Positions 1-9,289 of a stretch of 64,000 bases of DNA are shown piece by piece. Source of the stretch: Terriglobia bacterium. GTDB taxonomy: Bacteria > Acidobacteriota > Terriglobia > 2-12-FULL-54-10. The notes below the pieces were generated by a model that did no database searches, was not told where the DNA came from, and saw nothing but the letters and a program-made list of their open reading frames with translations. The stretch's first letter is position 1; every line of letters begins with the position of its first letter. The position numbers were made by a program, and so were the translations under genes. The stretch spans positions 416,001-480,000 of the forward strand of contig CAXVYR010000003.1 in assembly GCA_963666975.2 (NCBI GenBank). Reading direction: 5' to 3'.

Positions 1-24
1 CACAACCTGGCTTACTGCCGGTGG

Positions 25-555
25 TTATTTTCTCTTCTGGCGCATGGCAGTATCGGACGGCTGTGATTTGCCGCGAGGAATGGTCAATGTCTGCCAATTG
101 TTTCCAGCAAAGTGTTTTGCCAGGAACGCGATCTGTCCCACATGGTAAGCGCAATGCCTCATCTGCTGCTGGATTGCTTCCAAGGCAGGCTGGGGCTGGG
201 CGCGAATGAAGACGGTTTTGTGAAGATCGTCCGGAGTGAGGCTCTCAAGCGTTTCAAAGACACATCGACACCCGGCCTCCCAATGCTCCATTCGGCTTTC
301 CCGCGTATCGCCGGGTTCGGTGAGGAACTCCATGTCACGATTTCGGTCCGGCTTTTCGCCGTCCGAGGAGAGGAAGTCGGACCACCGCGACCGCATATTG
401 CCGGCGAGGTGCTTCATGATGACGGCGAGGCTGTTCGACTCCGGGTCGAGGGATGTGAACAGGTCCTCGTCGCGCACCTGGGCGATGGCCCGGTCAGCCC
501 AATTTTTGAGTTTGCGAAATTCAGCAAGGGTCGCTTCAATCATGATTGCTGCCAT
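25..555 (-). CDS. DUF1572 / DinB-like protein
   Basis: Motifs NSLAVIMKHLAGNMRSRWSDFLSSDGEKPDRNRD and HCAYHVGQI. Start taken at ATG 555 (ATG 588 possible); the longer ORF overlaps the upstream gene. Confidence 0.85.
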   Translation of the reverse strand: MAAIMIEATLAEFRKLKNWADRAIAQVRDEDLFTSLDPESNSLAVIMKHLAGNMRSRWSDFLSSDGEKPDRNRDMEFLTEPGDTRESRMEHWEAGCRCVFETLESLTPDDLHKTVFIRAQPQPALEAIQQQMRHCAYHVGQIAFLAKHFAGNNWQTLTIPRGKSQPSDTAMRQKRK

Positions 556-607
556 CCTGCGCGCTGCAAACAGGTGCTCCGATCCCATCCCGGCAAAGGG
601 AAACGGA

Positions 608-1426
608 CTAAGGTCCCGCCTGGAACTCCGACAGAATCGCCTCGGGCGCGGTGAAATAGCGGTCTGGCACATCCGTGTAGATGCCCACGTTGCGGAACAT
701 AGTCTTGCGGGTTGGATCATCGGAAGCGACTTTCTCCAAGGCAAGCCGGATGCCGCCAAATTCCTGCCAATCGGACCATTTTCTGTATGTGCGGGGCACT
801 TTCCTTCCTTTCAGCACATAACCCCATTGGTCCATCATGTGGGTCTGCTTGTTGACGTAGCCCCAGAAGATGTCGTCGGGGGTCAGGCCGACGTTGTCGT
901 AGGTCAGCCGGACCACGTCGTAGGCCTTCCCGTCAATCTCTTCCTCACCTTCATATTTCAAGCTGACGCCGGGGTCTTTCCACTTGAATGGCATGTAAAA
1001 CCAGTAGCCGTCGTTGATATAGCGCTGGTAGCCGAAGTCCACCCATTTCTGGTTTTCTTCGGCGGCAACCGGCTGTCCATCCATGTAGGCGGAGCCTTCT
1101 TTGGAATTCACGTTGAAGAGCACCGTCAGCAGCTTTTCTTCGTTCATGGTGTCCACGCGGTATCGCCCGGTGTGCTTGTCCCAAAGATGCTGCACCTGGC
1201 GGCCGATATTGCCCTCCCGCTCGGTGACGTAGTCGTAGCGCAGGAATCGTGCGCGATTCCAGGCGTCCATGCCGCCCAGAGATTGCGCCAGTTCATCGGC
1301 CACCTGCATGGCGCGCGCGTCGGAGCCGGAAGGGTCGAATGCTTGCGGCGGAGATTGCTGTCCCTTTGTTCCGGCGACTCCCGCCAGGGCGCACAGAACT
1401 ACTAGCAGGGCCCGTTTTACTTGCAT
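608..1426 (-). CDS. Secreted hypothetical protein (DUF6503-like / LolA-like fold possible)
   Basis: N-terminal signal peptide, GGAGG RBS, INDGYWFYMPFKWKDPGV motif. Confidence 0.7.
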   Translation of the reverse strand: MQVKRALLVVLCALAGVAGTKGQQSPPQAFDPSGSDARAMQVADELAQSLGGMDAWNRARFLRYDYVTEREGNIGRQVQHLWDKHTGRYRVDTMNEEKLLTVLFNVNSKEGSAYMDGQPVAAEENQKWVDFGYQRYINDGYWFYMPFKWKDPGVSLKYEGEEEIDGKAYDVVRLTYDNVGLTPDDIFWGYVNKQTHMMDQWGYVLKGRKVPRTYRKWSDWQEFGGIRLALEKVASDDPTRKTMFRNVGIYTDVPDRYFTAPEAILSEFQAGP

Positions 1427-1582
1427 GCGGAACCTCCTTCTTTTCTATAGTACGAAGTTTCAGGAAACATTTGCTATCATACCGGAGGCGCTCAGGGGAG
1501 GCAAGCGCTCCGCATTTTTCACGCCTGGAGCCAGATGGACGCGCCCACCAAGCAAACACCAAGCAAACAAGGAGAAAGACTA

Positions 1583-1894
1583 TTGGAAAATAACCGGTTT
1601 GAGATTCTGACGCAGATGCTGGAAAAAAATCCGAAAGATTCCTTTGCCCGCTATGGCCTGGCGATGGAATACGCCAAGCAGGAAGAGTACGGCAAGGCAA
1701 TGGAGCATTACCGAAAGCTCTGGGAGTTGTTTCCGGACTACTCGGCGGCCTATTTTCAGGCCGCGCAAGTGCTGGCCAAGACGGGGGAGACGGAAGAAGC
1801 CCGGCAGGTTCTCCACAAAGGGATTGAGGCCGCCGGCCGCAGCGGAGATCTTCACACCAAAAGCGAAATGGAAGCAGCCCTGGAAGAACTCTGA
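1583..1894 (+). CDS. Small tetratricopeptide-repeat protein
   Basis: TPR pattern (FARYGLAMEY...AAYFQAAQVL). TTG start at 1583 after AAGGAG. Confidence 0.85.
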   Translation: MENNRFEILTQMLEKNPKDSFARYGLAMEYAKQEEYGKAMEHYRKLWELFPDYSAAYFQAAQVLAKTGETEEARQVLHKGIEAAGRSGDLHTKSEMEAALEEL

Positions 1895-1975
1895 GGGCAA
1901 GGAAGTTGGCAGAAAAGGTTTTCCAACAATGCGAATTCAGCAACTCGACCGGCAAGGCCTCGGCCTTCTCTTCTC

Positions 1976-2899
1976 ATGATTGTTGATGCCCGCTCCATTT
2001 CGAAACGCTTTGGAAACCGGCTGGTGGTGGATCAGTTGAACCTTCAGGTTCCAGCCGGAACCTGCTTTGGTCTCCTCGGCCCAAACGGAGCGGGGAAGAC
2101 GACGACGCTGCGCATGATCTACGGCGTCACAAAGCCTAGCAGCGGCACGATCCTGGTTTTTGGGTCCGACATCGCCCGCCATCTGCGCGCCGTGCGCTCC
2201 CGGCTGGGAGTGACCCTCCAGCATAACGTTCTCATCGAGCAACTCTCGCCTGTAGAGAACCTGCGGGTCTTCGGGCGTTACTATCTTCTGCGGCATGCTG
2301 ACCTGTCGAGTCGCATCGAGGAACTCATTGATTTATTCGAGCTGCGATCACACGCGCAGGTCCCCGTTAAAAACTTATCGGGCGGATTCAAGCGGCGGCT
2401 GGCCATTGCGCTTTCTCTCATCAACCGGCCCGAGCTGGTGATTTTCGACGAGCCGACAACCGGCCTGGACCCGGCCGTGCGCCTGGCCCTGTGGTCTCGC
2501 ATACGAACTCTGCAAGCTGCGGGCACAACCGTGCTGCTCACCACGCATTACATGGACGAGGCGCAACGACTGTGCGACCGTGTTGCCATCGTGTCCGGCG
2601 GGAAGATCATCGGTGAAGGGGCGCCAGCGGAACTCATCTCGAGCCGCCTGGCGCGAGAAACCGTGGAGTTCGATTGCGATCCCGAAGAAGAGTCGGCGCT
2701 GCTTGGCGGCAAGGGGACGGCCCTGCGGCACCTGCGCGTTGGCAGGCGGATCATGCTCTACCTGGACGACGTGACCGCCCACATTGACATGATCCGGCAA
2801 TGGGACCAGGGAGACCGCCGCGCCCTTGTGGTCCGGCCCACGAACCTTGAGGACCTCTTCCTGTCGCTGACGGGGACCAGCCTGGAGAACGACCTATGA
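1976..2899 (+). CDS. ABC-2 exporter ATP-binding subunit (NodI-like)
   Basis: Walker A GPNGAGKTT, LSGG signature, Walker B IFDEPT, H-loop THYM. Confidence 0.92.
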   Translation: MIVDARSISKRFGNRLVVDQLNLQVPAGTCFGLLGPNGAGKTTTLRMIYGVTKPSSGTILVFGSDIARHLRAVRSRLGVTLQHNVLIEQLSPVENLRVFGRYYLLRHADLSSRIEELIDLFELRSHAQVPVKNLSGGFKRRLAIALSLINRPELVIFDEPTTGLDPAVRLALWSRIRTLQAAGTTVLLTTHYMDEAQRLCDRVAIVSGGKIIGEGAPAELISSRLARETVEFDCDPEEESALLGGKGTALRHLRVGRRIMLYLDDVTAHIDMIRQWDQGDRRALVVRPTNLEDLFLSLTGTSLENDL

Positions 2900-3663
2900 G
2901 TGTATCGGTTCCCCATGCTATCGCCGTGTGGCGGCGGAATGCGGCGATCTACAAGCGCACATGGCTGTGGAATATCCTGCCCAACTTCTTCGAGCCGATT
3001 TTTTACCTGGTTGCCATCGGCGTCGGCGTCGGCGCATACATTACGGAGATGGGCGGCACCTCCTACATCAGCTTCCTGGCTCCGGCTTTGGTCTGCGTCG
3101 CCGCGATGCACGGCGCCAGCTTTGAGGTGACCTACAACGTCTATGTGCGGCTCACTTTCGAGAAGACTTACGACGCCATGCTGACGACGCCCATCGAACC
3201 CGACGACATCCTGGCCGGCGAGGTGCTCTGGGCGGTCACGCGCTCCTCCATCTATGGCGGGGTCTTTTTTATTGTGATCGCTCTGGCCGGGCTTGCCCCG
3301 CTGCCTTCCGCGCTCCTGGTTTTGCCGCTGGTTCCTCTGACGGGGCTGTTGTTTGCCCTCATCGGGATGGCCTTCTCGTTGCGAATTCCAAGCATCGATC
3401 TGTTTAGCTACTACTTCACGCTGTTCCTGACACCGCTGTTTCTGCTTTCCGGAGTCTTCTTTCCGCTGGAGGAGCGCCTGTCGGAGGGCTGGCTGTGGGT
3501 CGCGGAAATCCTGCCGCTGCTCCATCCGGTTCGCCTGGCGCGGGCCGCCTTTCGAGGCGAGGCTTCTTTAGTTGTCCTGTGGGACCTCGCCTACCTGCTG
3601 GGCATGTCAATCCTGTTGGTGGTATTGGCGCGCCGCGGCGTCCAGCGGCGGTTGACGAACTAG
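2896..3663 (+). CDS. ABC-2 exporter permease (NodJ-like)
   Basis: About 6 TM helices, LSGVFFP and LPLLHPVRLAR motifs, ATGA overlap with the ATPase gene. Confidence 0.9.
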   Translation: MSVSVPHAIAVWRRNAAIYKRTWLWNILPNFFEPIFYLVAIGVGVGAYITEMGGTSYISFLAPALVCVAAMHGASFEVTYNVYVRLTFEKTYDAMLTTPIEPDDILAGEVLWAVTRSSIYGGVFFIVIALAGLAPLPSALLVLPLVPLTGLLFALIGMAFSLRIPSIDLFSYYFTLFLTPLFLLSGVFFPLEERLSEGWLWVAEILPLLHPVRLARAAFRGEASLVVLWDLAYLLGMSILLVVLARRGVQRRLTN

Positions 3664-3722
3664 CGCAGTTCCACAGTTTGTGTATTCCATATTACGGTCT
3701 CGTCAGGGCAAGGTCGTGCAGG

Positions 3723-5453
3723 TCAGTTCTCGATGCGGGAAAGTTCCTCGCCCACTGTGTCCATCAGCGGTTGCAGCGTTTCGTAGCCAAAGCTGAACCG
3801 AGCGCCAGCCGCTTCAAACAGTTCGGGCAGCGGGCGAGTTCCTCCCAGCGCCAGCGCCTTCCAGTACCGCTCCACGGCGTCCCGGTAATCGGTCCGGCTG
3901 CGCATCCAAACCTGTAGCGCGCCGGTCAAGGCGATTCCGTACTCGATGTAATAGAAGGGGACCTCATACAGGTGGAGCTGGCGGTGCCACAGGTAGGTGC
4001 GATGCTCCTCGTACCCGGACCAGTCGACCACCGCAGAGAACCGGCTATGGATTTGCCGCCACGCCTGTGCGCGTTCCTCGCGAGTTTGGTCGGGGTGTGT
4101 ATAGACCCAATGTTGAAAGGCGTCGATCGTAGCGATCCAGGGAAAGATCAAGACGAAGTCTTCGAGCTTTGCACGATAAGCCCGGTTGCGGTCTTCCGGA
4201 TTCTTGTAGAACACATCGAGATGGGGAGTGGCGAGCAGTTCCATGCTCATCGAAGCCACCTCGCAGAACTCCGTCGGCGCATGGCGGTATTGGATGAGGG
4301 GCTCCTCGCGCGCGGCCAGCATGTGGAAGGCATGTCCGCCCTCGTGGAGCAATGTGCGGATGTCCAGGTCGCGGCCCACGGCGTTCATAAAGATGAACGG
4401 CCAGCGCCGTTCCTGCAATGTCTCCTGGTAGCCTCCCGGAGCCTTGCCCTTGCGGCTTTCCAGTTCCAGCAGTTGCTGTTCGGCCATAAACCCAAACTGC
4501 TCGCCCAGGGCCGGATCGACGCGAGTGAAAATTTCCCGCGTGCCCTGCACCAGTTCATCGGTGGTGGCAAACGGCCGCAGCGGCGGACGGTTCAGTGGGT
4601 CGGTTCCCAGGTCCCATGGTCGCAAGGTCTCCACCTGCAACAGCTTCCGCCGCTCTGTGTGGATCTTCTGGACAAGCGGCAGAACTGCCCGCTCTACGGC
4701 ATCGTGAAACTGGAAGCATTCTTCCGGTCCGTAGTCAAACCGCTGGTGCTGCTGGAAGGAGTAAGCTCGGTAGTCGGCAAAACCGGCGTTGGCGGCGATC
4801 TGTTTGCGGAGAGCGAACAGTTGCTCATAAAGCCCTTCCAGCGGTTCTTTCTCCTGCAGGCGGCGGTCAGCTATGGCTTCCCACACCTGCTGGCGCACGC
4901 GGCGGTCCGGGTCTTCCAGGGATTTGGCAGCCTGCTGCAACGTGCGCTCTTCTCCGTCAACCATCACCGTCATCGCGCCCGACAGCTTTTGGTATTCTTT
5001 GGTTTGCAACGCCTCCTGCATTTCCAGCGGCACATTCTCTTCCCGGAACAGGGCGACTTTGTTTTCGATCATTCGGTCCATCACCGCGTAGCGATCCGAG
5101 GGCAGCGACTTGCGATGCGGATTTTGCAGGTAGGCTTTTTCCAGGGATTGGATGAGCGGCTTGCTCTTGGGATCAATCTGTTCGACAAAGTTCTGGTAGG
5201 CGGTTTCCCTGACAGGGTCGTCGGTCTGCGTAGTCATCGCGATGTAGCGTACGGCTTTCTCCTCGTTGAGCGCGGCGCTGAATTCGGAGTAGTCCAGGAG
5301 CCACTGCTCCAGTTCTTCCGTGGACGATGCGTTGCGTTGAAGCAGTTCACCAAACAGCGGCGCGATCTGGCTCCAGTCGCCCATGTCGGCGGCTTTGGGT
5401 ACGAACTTTCTCGGGAACGGACGGCGCGGGTCGACCTGTATCAGTTTTTGCAT
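3723..5453 (-). CDS. M3 family oligoendopeptidase (PepF-like)
   Basis: HEGGH zinc motif, EVASMSMEL, PFYYIEYG. Confidence 0.93.
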   Translation of the reverse strand: MQKLIQVDPRRPFPRKFVPKAADMGDWSQIAPLFGELLQRNASSTEELEQWLLDYSEFSAALNEEKAVRYIAMTTQTDDPVRETAYQNFVEQIDPKSKPLIQSLEKAYLQNPHRKSLPSDRYAVMDRMIENKVALFREENVPLEMQEALQTKEYQKLSGAMTVMVDGEERTLQQAAKSLEDPDRRVRQQVWEAIADRRLQEKEPLEGLYEQLFALRKQIAANAGFADYRAYSFQQHQRFDYGPEECFQFHDAVERAVLPLVQKIHTERRKLLQVETLRPWDLGTDPLNRPPLRPFATTDELVQGTREIFTRVDPALGEQFGFMAEQQLLELESRKGKAPGGYQETLQERRWPFIFMNAVGRDLDIRTLLHEGGHAFHMLAAREEPLIQYRHAPTEFCEVASMSMELLATPHLDVFYKNPEDRNRAYRAKLEDFVLIFPWIATIDAFQHWVYTHPDQTREERAQAWRQIHSRFSAVVDWSGYEEHRTYLWHRQLHLYEVPFYYIEYGIALTGALQVWMRSRTDYRDAVERYWKALALGGTRPLPELFEAAGARFSFGYETLQPLMDTVGEELSRIEN

Positions 5454-5604
5454 TAGATCACCTTCCGGCACATAAGCTAAGGAAACGCCAAACCCTGCGG
5501 GACGAAAAGGACCGGCGCAAAACGCCGGTGTTCGTTAGAGTAACGGAAGCCTGCTGGCAGCGCAAGAAGCGTTTAGCCGGTTGTTGAAAAACTGGTGTAA
5601 GGGT

Positions 5605-5704
5605 CCGCTTGCTGCTATCCCCTCGGCTTCGCTCCCTTCGGCTATGCTCCCTTCGGCTTCGCTCAGGGCAGGCAGGGCAAGCGGGACGGACGCGCGCGGC
5701 TCGG
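5605..5704. repeat. REP-like palindrome interrupted by three nested 24-27 nt palindromic units
   Basis: CCGCTTGCT[GCTATCCCCTCGGCTTCGCT[CCCTTCGGCTATGCT[CCCTTCGGCTTCGCTCAGGGCAGG]CAGGGCAAG]CGGGACG]GACGCGCGCGGCTCGG. The rejoined host matches the reverse complement of 15294-15318 at 23/25. Confidence 0.85.
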
Positions 5705-5732
5705 CAAGTGCAGCCCAATCAGCACGCCCATT

Positions 5733-5817
5733 CCGAGCCGCGACCGTAAGCAAGCGGTCACGAAACGCTGGTCGATTGAGCCATTTTTGGAACCGCTCCA
5801 TCACTGTCGCGGCTTGG
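5733..5817. repeat. REP-like inverted pair (GAGCCGCGACCG family)
   Basis: CCGAGCCGCGACCGTAAGCAAGCGG ... CCGCTCCATCACTGTCGCGGCTTGG; related copies at 15290-15382 and 31841-31926. Confidence 0.85.
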
Positions 5818-5846
5818 ACACGGTCTATAACAACTGGAGAACCGCT

Positions 5847-8177
5847 CTAGAAGTCAAAGGAGTAGGTGAACTTGGCCTGGAGGGTGCGGTCCTTCTGGCC
5901 ACGCTGACTCCCCCCCACTCGGCGGCCTTCGTTGTAAATCAGGAAAAAATCGTCACCGGGTCGGAAGATGTAATTCAGGCGGAAATGGAGTCCTGCAAAA
6001 GATTTACTTTTGTCATACTGGAGGATAGTGCTGGTGAGCCATTGCTTGTTGAACGCATAATTGATGCCTGTATCCACGGTGTGGTTGGCGGAAGCTCCTC
6101 CGGGAAGCGTAAGATCACTGATCTTGTAGCTGACGTTAACCGAGAGGCTCTTATTCAACTTCAGCACTGGCGAAATAGACCATTTATACAAATCCCCCTC
6201 ATAGTAACCATAACTGTGAGTGAAGGACACGCTGCCCGCGAGCTTGCGTTTGCGAAACCCCTGGAATCGGACAGTATAACTGTTCCAAGCGTAGTCTCCT
6301 GCGGGAATCCGGATACCCTTAATCCTGGACCGTCTATCCACTCTGTCAAAAAAGCGCTGGAGCGGGACAATACGGAGAACGTCACCGCTCTGGAAGGTTA
6401 ATTGGAATTCGTAGTTGTCGATCCGTTCCGCCAGACGGTTCTTCTGGTTCACAAGGTAATCCCAACGCCCGGAGAATTTTATCTGGCGGATCCACCGGAT
6501 GCCAGGCCGAGGGCGGAATTCTAAAGAGGGAGTGAACCGGCGGATGTCTCTGCGACGGATATAGCCCAGGTCGTCCCGGAAATTCGGATCGATCGACAGA
6601 TATTCCATCCCCACCAGCAGAAAATCGCTGTCCCATTTCGCATTGGCGCTGGCTACCCAGTTCTCTTCCACTCCGCCGGGCTCAGCGGACTTGGCCAAGA
6701 AGCCGTCGATCGCGAAATGTTTACGGAAGACAAATTTGCCGTCCATCCCGTAAACGCGGTTGAAGTCGCTGCTTCCCGCTTTCTCACGGCTAACCAGAAA
6801 GGCCCCCACCGTGGATCGCGACAACACATCCCGTTTCACTCGCAGCACCCCGTAGTTGCTGGCGGGAATGCCTTCCGACGGCAGGCCCTCGGTCTGGATG
6901 TTCAACATTCCCAGCGTGAATCCCTGGAGCTTCCCGGCGATTCGCCCCCCGGCCGTAATAGGCACTGTGGCTCTTCTGCTGGGAGACAAACCGATCCGTC
7001 GACTGTGGAACAGCAGCAATTCGCGAGTTTTTCCCCGTTTCGCATTGCCGAACTGGAAGGCCCCTGCTCCTTCCTGGAAGAACTCTCTTTTTTCGGGAAA
7101 GAAATTCGGGAAACGGGTCAGGTTTATCTTTAAGCGATCTATTTCGCCCTCGATAAAATCGGTATTCCATGTTATGTCGGCGGTCAGGCTGGGCGTGATC
7201 CTGTATTTCATTACTTCCATCCCGAAGTCGGAGGCGTTGCGAAACTTGCTCCCGGACCGGTCAGACGATTGTGAAAATCCCCCCACCACAGAGGGCTTCA
7301 CCCGCAACCGCATCCCCATTTCGGTGTCTTCCAGCCCCTCCAGATGCCCGGCCTGGGAGACATGTTCCAGATTGAAGCCGCGCTCGAAACCGTTCCAATA
7401 CGTTAGCTCATTCTTTCGCCGGATAACTCGTTCCAGGTCTAACCCCCACCCTTGCTTGTCATTCCCACCCATCCGCAGGCTCTTGAACGGGATGGCAAAC
7501 TCCGCCGTCCAACCCTCCGGGCTCACCTGAGACGCCACATCCCACTTCTCGTCCCAGCTTTCGTTTACATTGTTCCCTTCGTCATTGTTCCCATCGTCGT
7601 TCGTTTCGTCGGTGCTCAGAGCGTCGATGTTTCCTTCATCGGTGCTCAGAGCCTCATTAGTCCCTTCGTCGGTGATCAGGGCGTCATATTGGGTGCCCAG
7701 GGGATTGGTCCGAAAGAGAAACGCATTGCGATGGTCGTGAAAGGTGTCGAGCACGATGGTGACAGTGTCGTCGCTTTCCAGCCTGTCGTCCCGCCGCTGC
7801 TCGGTGGCCAGTATCCGATCGGCACGGCGGTCGGAGGAGACGACTCCAATGTATAAGGTAGTCGCGTTGTAGAGGACGCGGAACTCGGTCTTTTCCGTCG
7901 AGGGTTCACCCTCGTTCGGGTCTTTTTGCACAAACCCCTGGGAAACCGGGGCCTTCTGCCAACTCGGTTCGTCGAGGGTTCCGTCTATGACCAACGGCGA
8001 TTCAGTCCGCGTCGCTGTGATGGTTTTTTCCCCGTGTGTTTCTGTTACGGTCCGCTCAGTGAACTGGGCGTGTCCGGACGAGGAAAGTAGTGCACAAAGC
8101 AGCGGAAGGGCCAACGGAAGAAGCCTGCTTTGCCGACGGAAGTTTTGCGCCACCACAACCTCACTCCCATCAAGCAA
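5847..8177 (-). CDS. Outer-membrane protein with CBM9-like N-domain and DUF5916 beta-barrel
   Basis: IDGTLDEPSW, LDTFHD, WTAEFAIPFKSLR, FFPEKREFFQEG and a C-terminal FTYSFDF barrel signal. Start codon uncertain. Confidence 0.85.
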   Translation of the reverse strand: MLDGSEVVVAQNFRRQSRLLPLALPLLCALLSSSGHAQFTERTVTETHGEKTITATRTESPLVIDGTLDEPSWQKAPVSQGFVQKDPNEGEPSTEKTEFRVLYNATTLYIGVVSSDRRADRILATEQRRDDRLESDDTVTIVLDTFHDHRNAFLFRTNPLGTQYDALITDEGTNEALSTDEGNIDALSTDETNDDGNNDEGNNVNESWDEKWDVASQVSPEGWTAEFAIPFKSLRMGGNDKQGWGLDLERVIRRKNELTYWNGFERGFNLEHVSQAGHLEGLEDTEMGMRLRVKPSVVGGFSQSSDRSGSKFRNASDFGMEVMKYRITPSLTADITWNTDFIEGEIDRLKINLTRFPNFFPEKREFFQEGAGAFQFGNAKRGKTRELLLFHSRRIGLSPSRRATVPITAGGRIAGKLQGFTLGMLNIQTEGLPSEGIPASNYGVLRVKRDVLSRSTVGAFLVSREKAGSSDFNRVYGMDGKFVFRKHFAIDGFLAKSAEPGGVEENWVASANAKWDSDFLLVGMEYLSIDPNFRDDLGYIRRRDIRRFTPSLEFRPRPGIRWIRQIKFSGRWDYLVNQKNRLAERIDNYEFQLTFQSGDVLRIVPLQRFFDRVDRRSRIKGIRIPAGDYAWNSYTVRFQGFRKRKLAGSVSFTHSYGYYEGDLYKWSISPVLKLNKSLSVNVSYKISDLTLPGGASANHTVDTGINYAFNKQWLTSTILQYDKSKSFAGLHFRLNYIFRPGDDFFLIYNEGRRVGGSQRGQKDRTLQAKFTYSFDF

Positions 8178-8344
8178 ACATCACCTGCAAGGTGTATTTC
8201 TAACGGGAATTTCCGGTTTCAACTTCCCCTTTTGTGCATACGCCGTGATCAGTTCCTTCTGTGAGTAAATGAAGACCGCCTGCGGCGCAGCTGCGTCGGA
8301 CCTTCGTCGCTGGAACTTGCGCTTGAACGAGGCGGTATGCGCAG

Positions 8345-8374
8345 ATTCTGCTCCTGACGGATGAGGGGAGTCAA
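8345..8374 (-). promoter_or_regulatory. Putative sigma70 promoter for the DUF5916 gene
   Basis: Minus strand TTGACT-N18-CAGAAT. Confidence 0.4.
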
Positions 8375-8425
8375 GAGGAATACCAGATTCAGTAGGGAGT
8401 CGCACCTCTTATCAAGAATCAACGC

Positions 8426-9214
8426 TCAGGTCTTTTGCATGCGCTGGCGCAGGAACCGGGCCATCATCCAGTCGAGGAGCCGGGGAGACAATTCGTGCAG
8501 CCACACGAAGCACCAGTTGGACGCCGGCACGATGATTTCTCTGGACCCGCGCAGGGAAGCCCGCAAAATGGCACGGGCCACCCGTTCCGGGGAAATTCCT
8601 CCCGGGTGGAAACTTCGGAAATTGGGGTCCTTCAATGCGTTTTCGGGAAAAGGTGTACGGACTCGTCCTGGACAGACACTGATGACATGGATATGATCAC
8701 GCTTCAACTCCATGCGCAGGCCGTCGGAGAGGGCATTGAGAGCGAACTTGGTGCTGGAATAGGCTGTGATCCAGGGAATAACAACCTTGCCGACAACCGA
8801 GGAGACATTGATAATCTGGCCGCCACCCTGGCGCTGCATATAAGGAACGACGGCCTGAATGGCGCAGACGGGCCCCAGACAGTTTGTTGTGACCAGCTGA
8901 TTCAACTGCGCGAGTGGTGCTTTTACAATGCTGCCGTACATCCCAACCCCCGCGTTGTTGATGAGCATGTCGATTCGGCCGAATCGCTCAGCGCACCGGC
9001 GGACCATCTCCTGGACCTGGACGGGGTCGGTGATGTCGGTTTCAATCGCAATAGCCTGGGGACCCAGGGAGTCTGCCAGGGCTTGCAGCTTGTGGATGGC
9101 ACGGGACGCCAGCGCCAGGCTGGCTCCCTCAGCGGCGAAGAGCCGAGCGGTCGCGGCCCCGATGCCGCTGGAGGCGCCGGTAATGATGACAACTTTGTTT
9201 TCTAGTTTCCTCAA
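8426..9214 (-). CDS. Short-chain dehydrogenase/reductase
   Basis: TGASSGIG, NNAG, YSSTK catalytic motif. Confidence 0.95.
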   Translation of the reverse strand: MRKLENKVVIITGASSGIGAATARLFAAEGASLALASRAIHKLQALADSLGPQAIAIETDITDPVQVQEMVRRCAERFGRIDMLINNAGVGMYGSIVKAPLAQLNQLVTTNCLGPVCAIQAVVPYMQRQGGGQIINVSSVVGKVVIPWITAYSSTKFALNALSDGLRMELKRDHIHVISVCPGRVRTPFPENALKDPNFRSFHPGGISPERVARAILRASLRGSREIIVPASNWCFVWLHELSPRLLDWMMARFLRQRMQKT

Positions 9215-9289
9215 GGCATTTCTCCCTGCACATCAGATTTAGCGATATGCCAAGTTCTCCGCATTCCCGCCGCCGAGTATAATAGCTCC

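Noticed and set aside
5605-5817. CRISPR array
   Set aside because: The units are nested or inverted with no unique spacers, and no cas genes are in the window.
5535-5850. Short ORFs over the repeat region (PSASLRAG / LSEAEG peptides)
   Set aside because: They are translations of the palindromic repeats.
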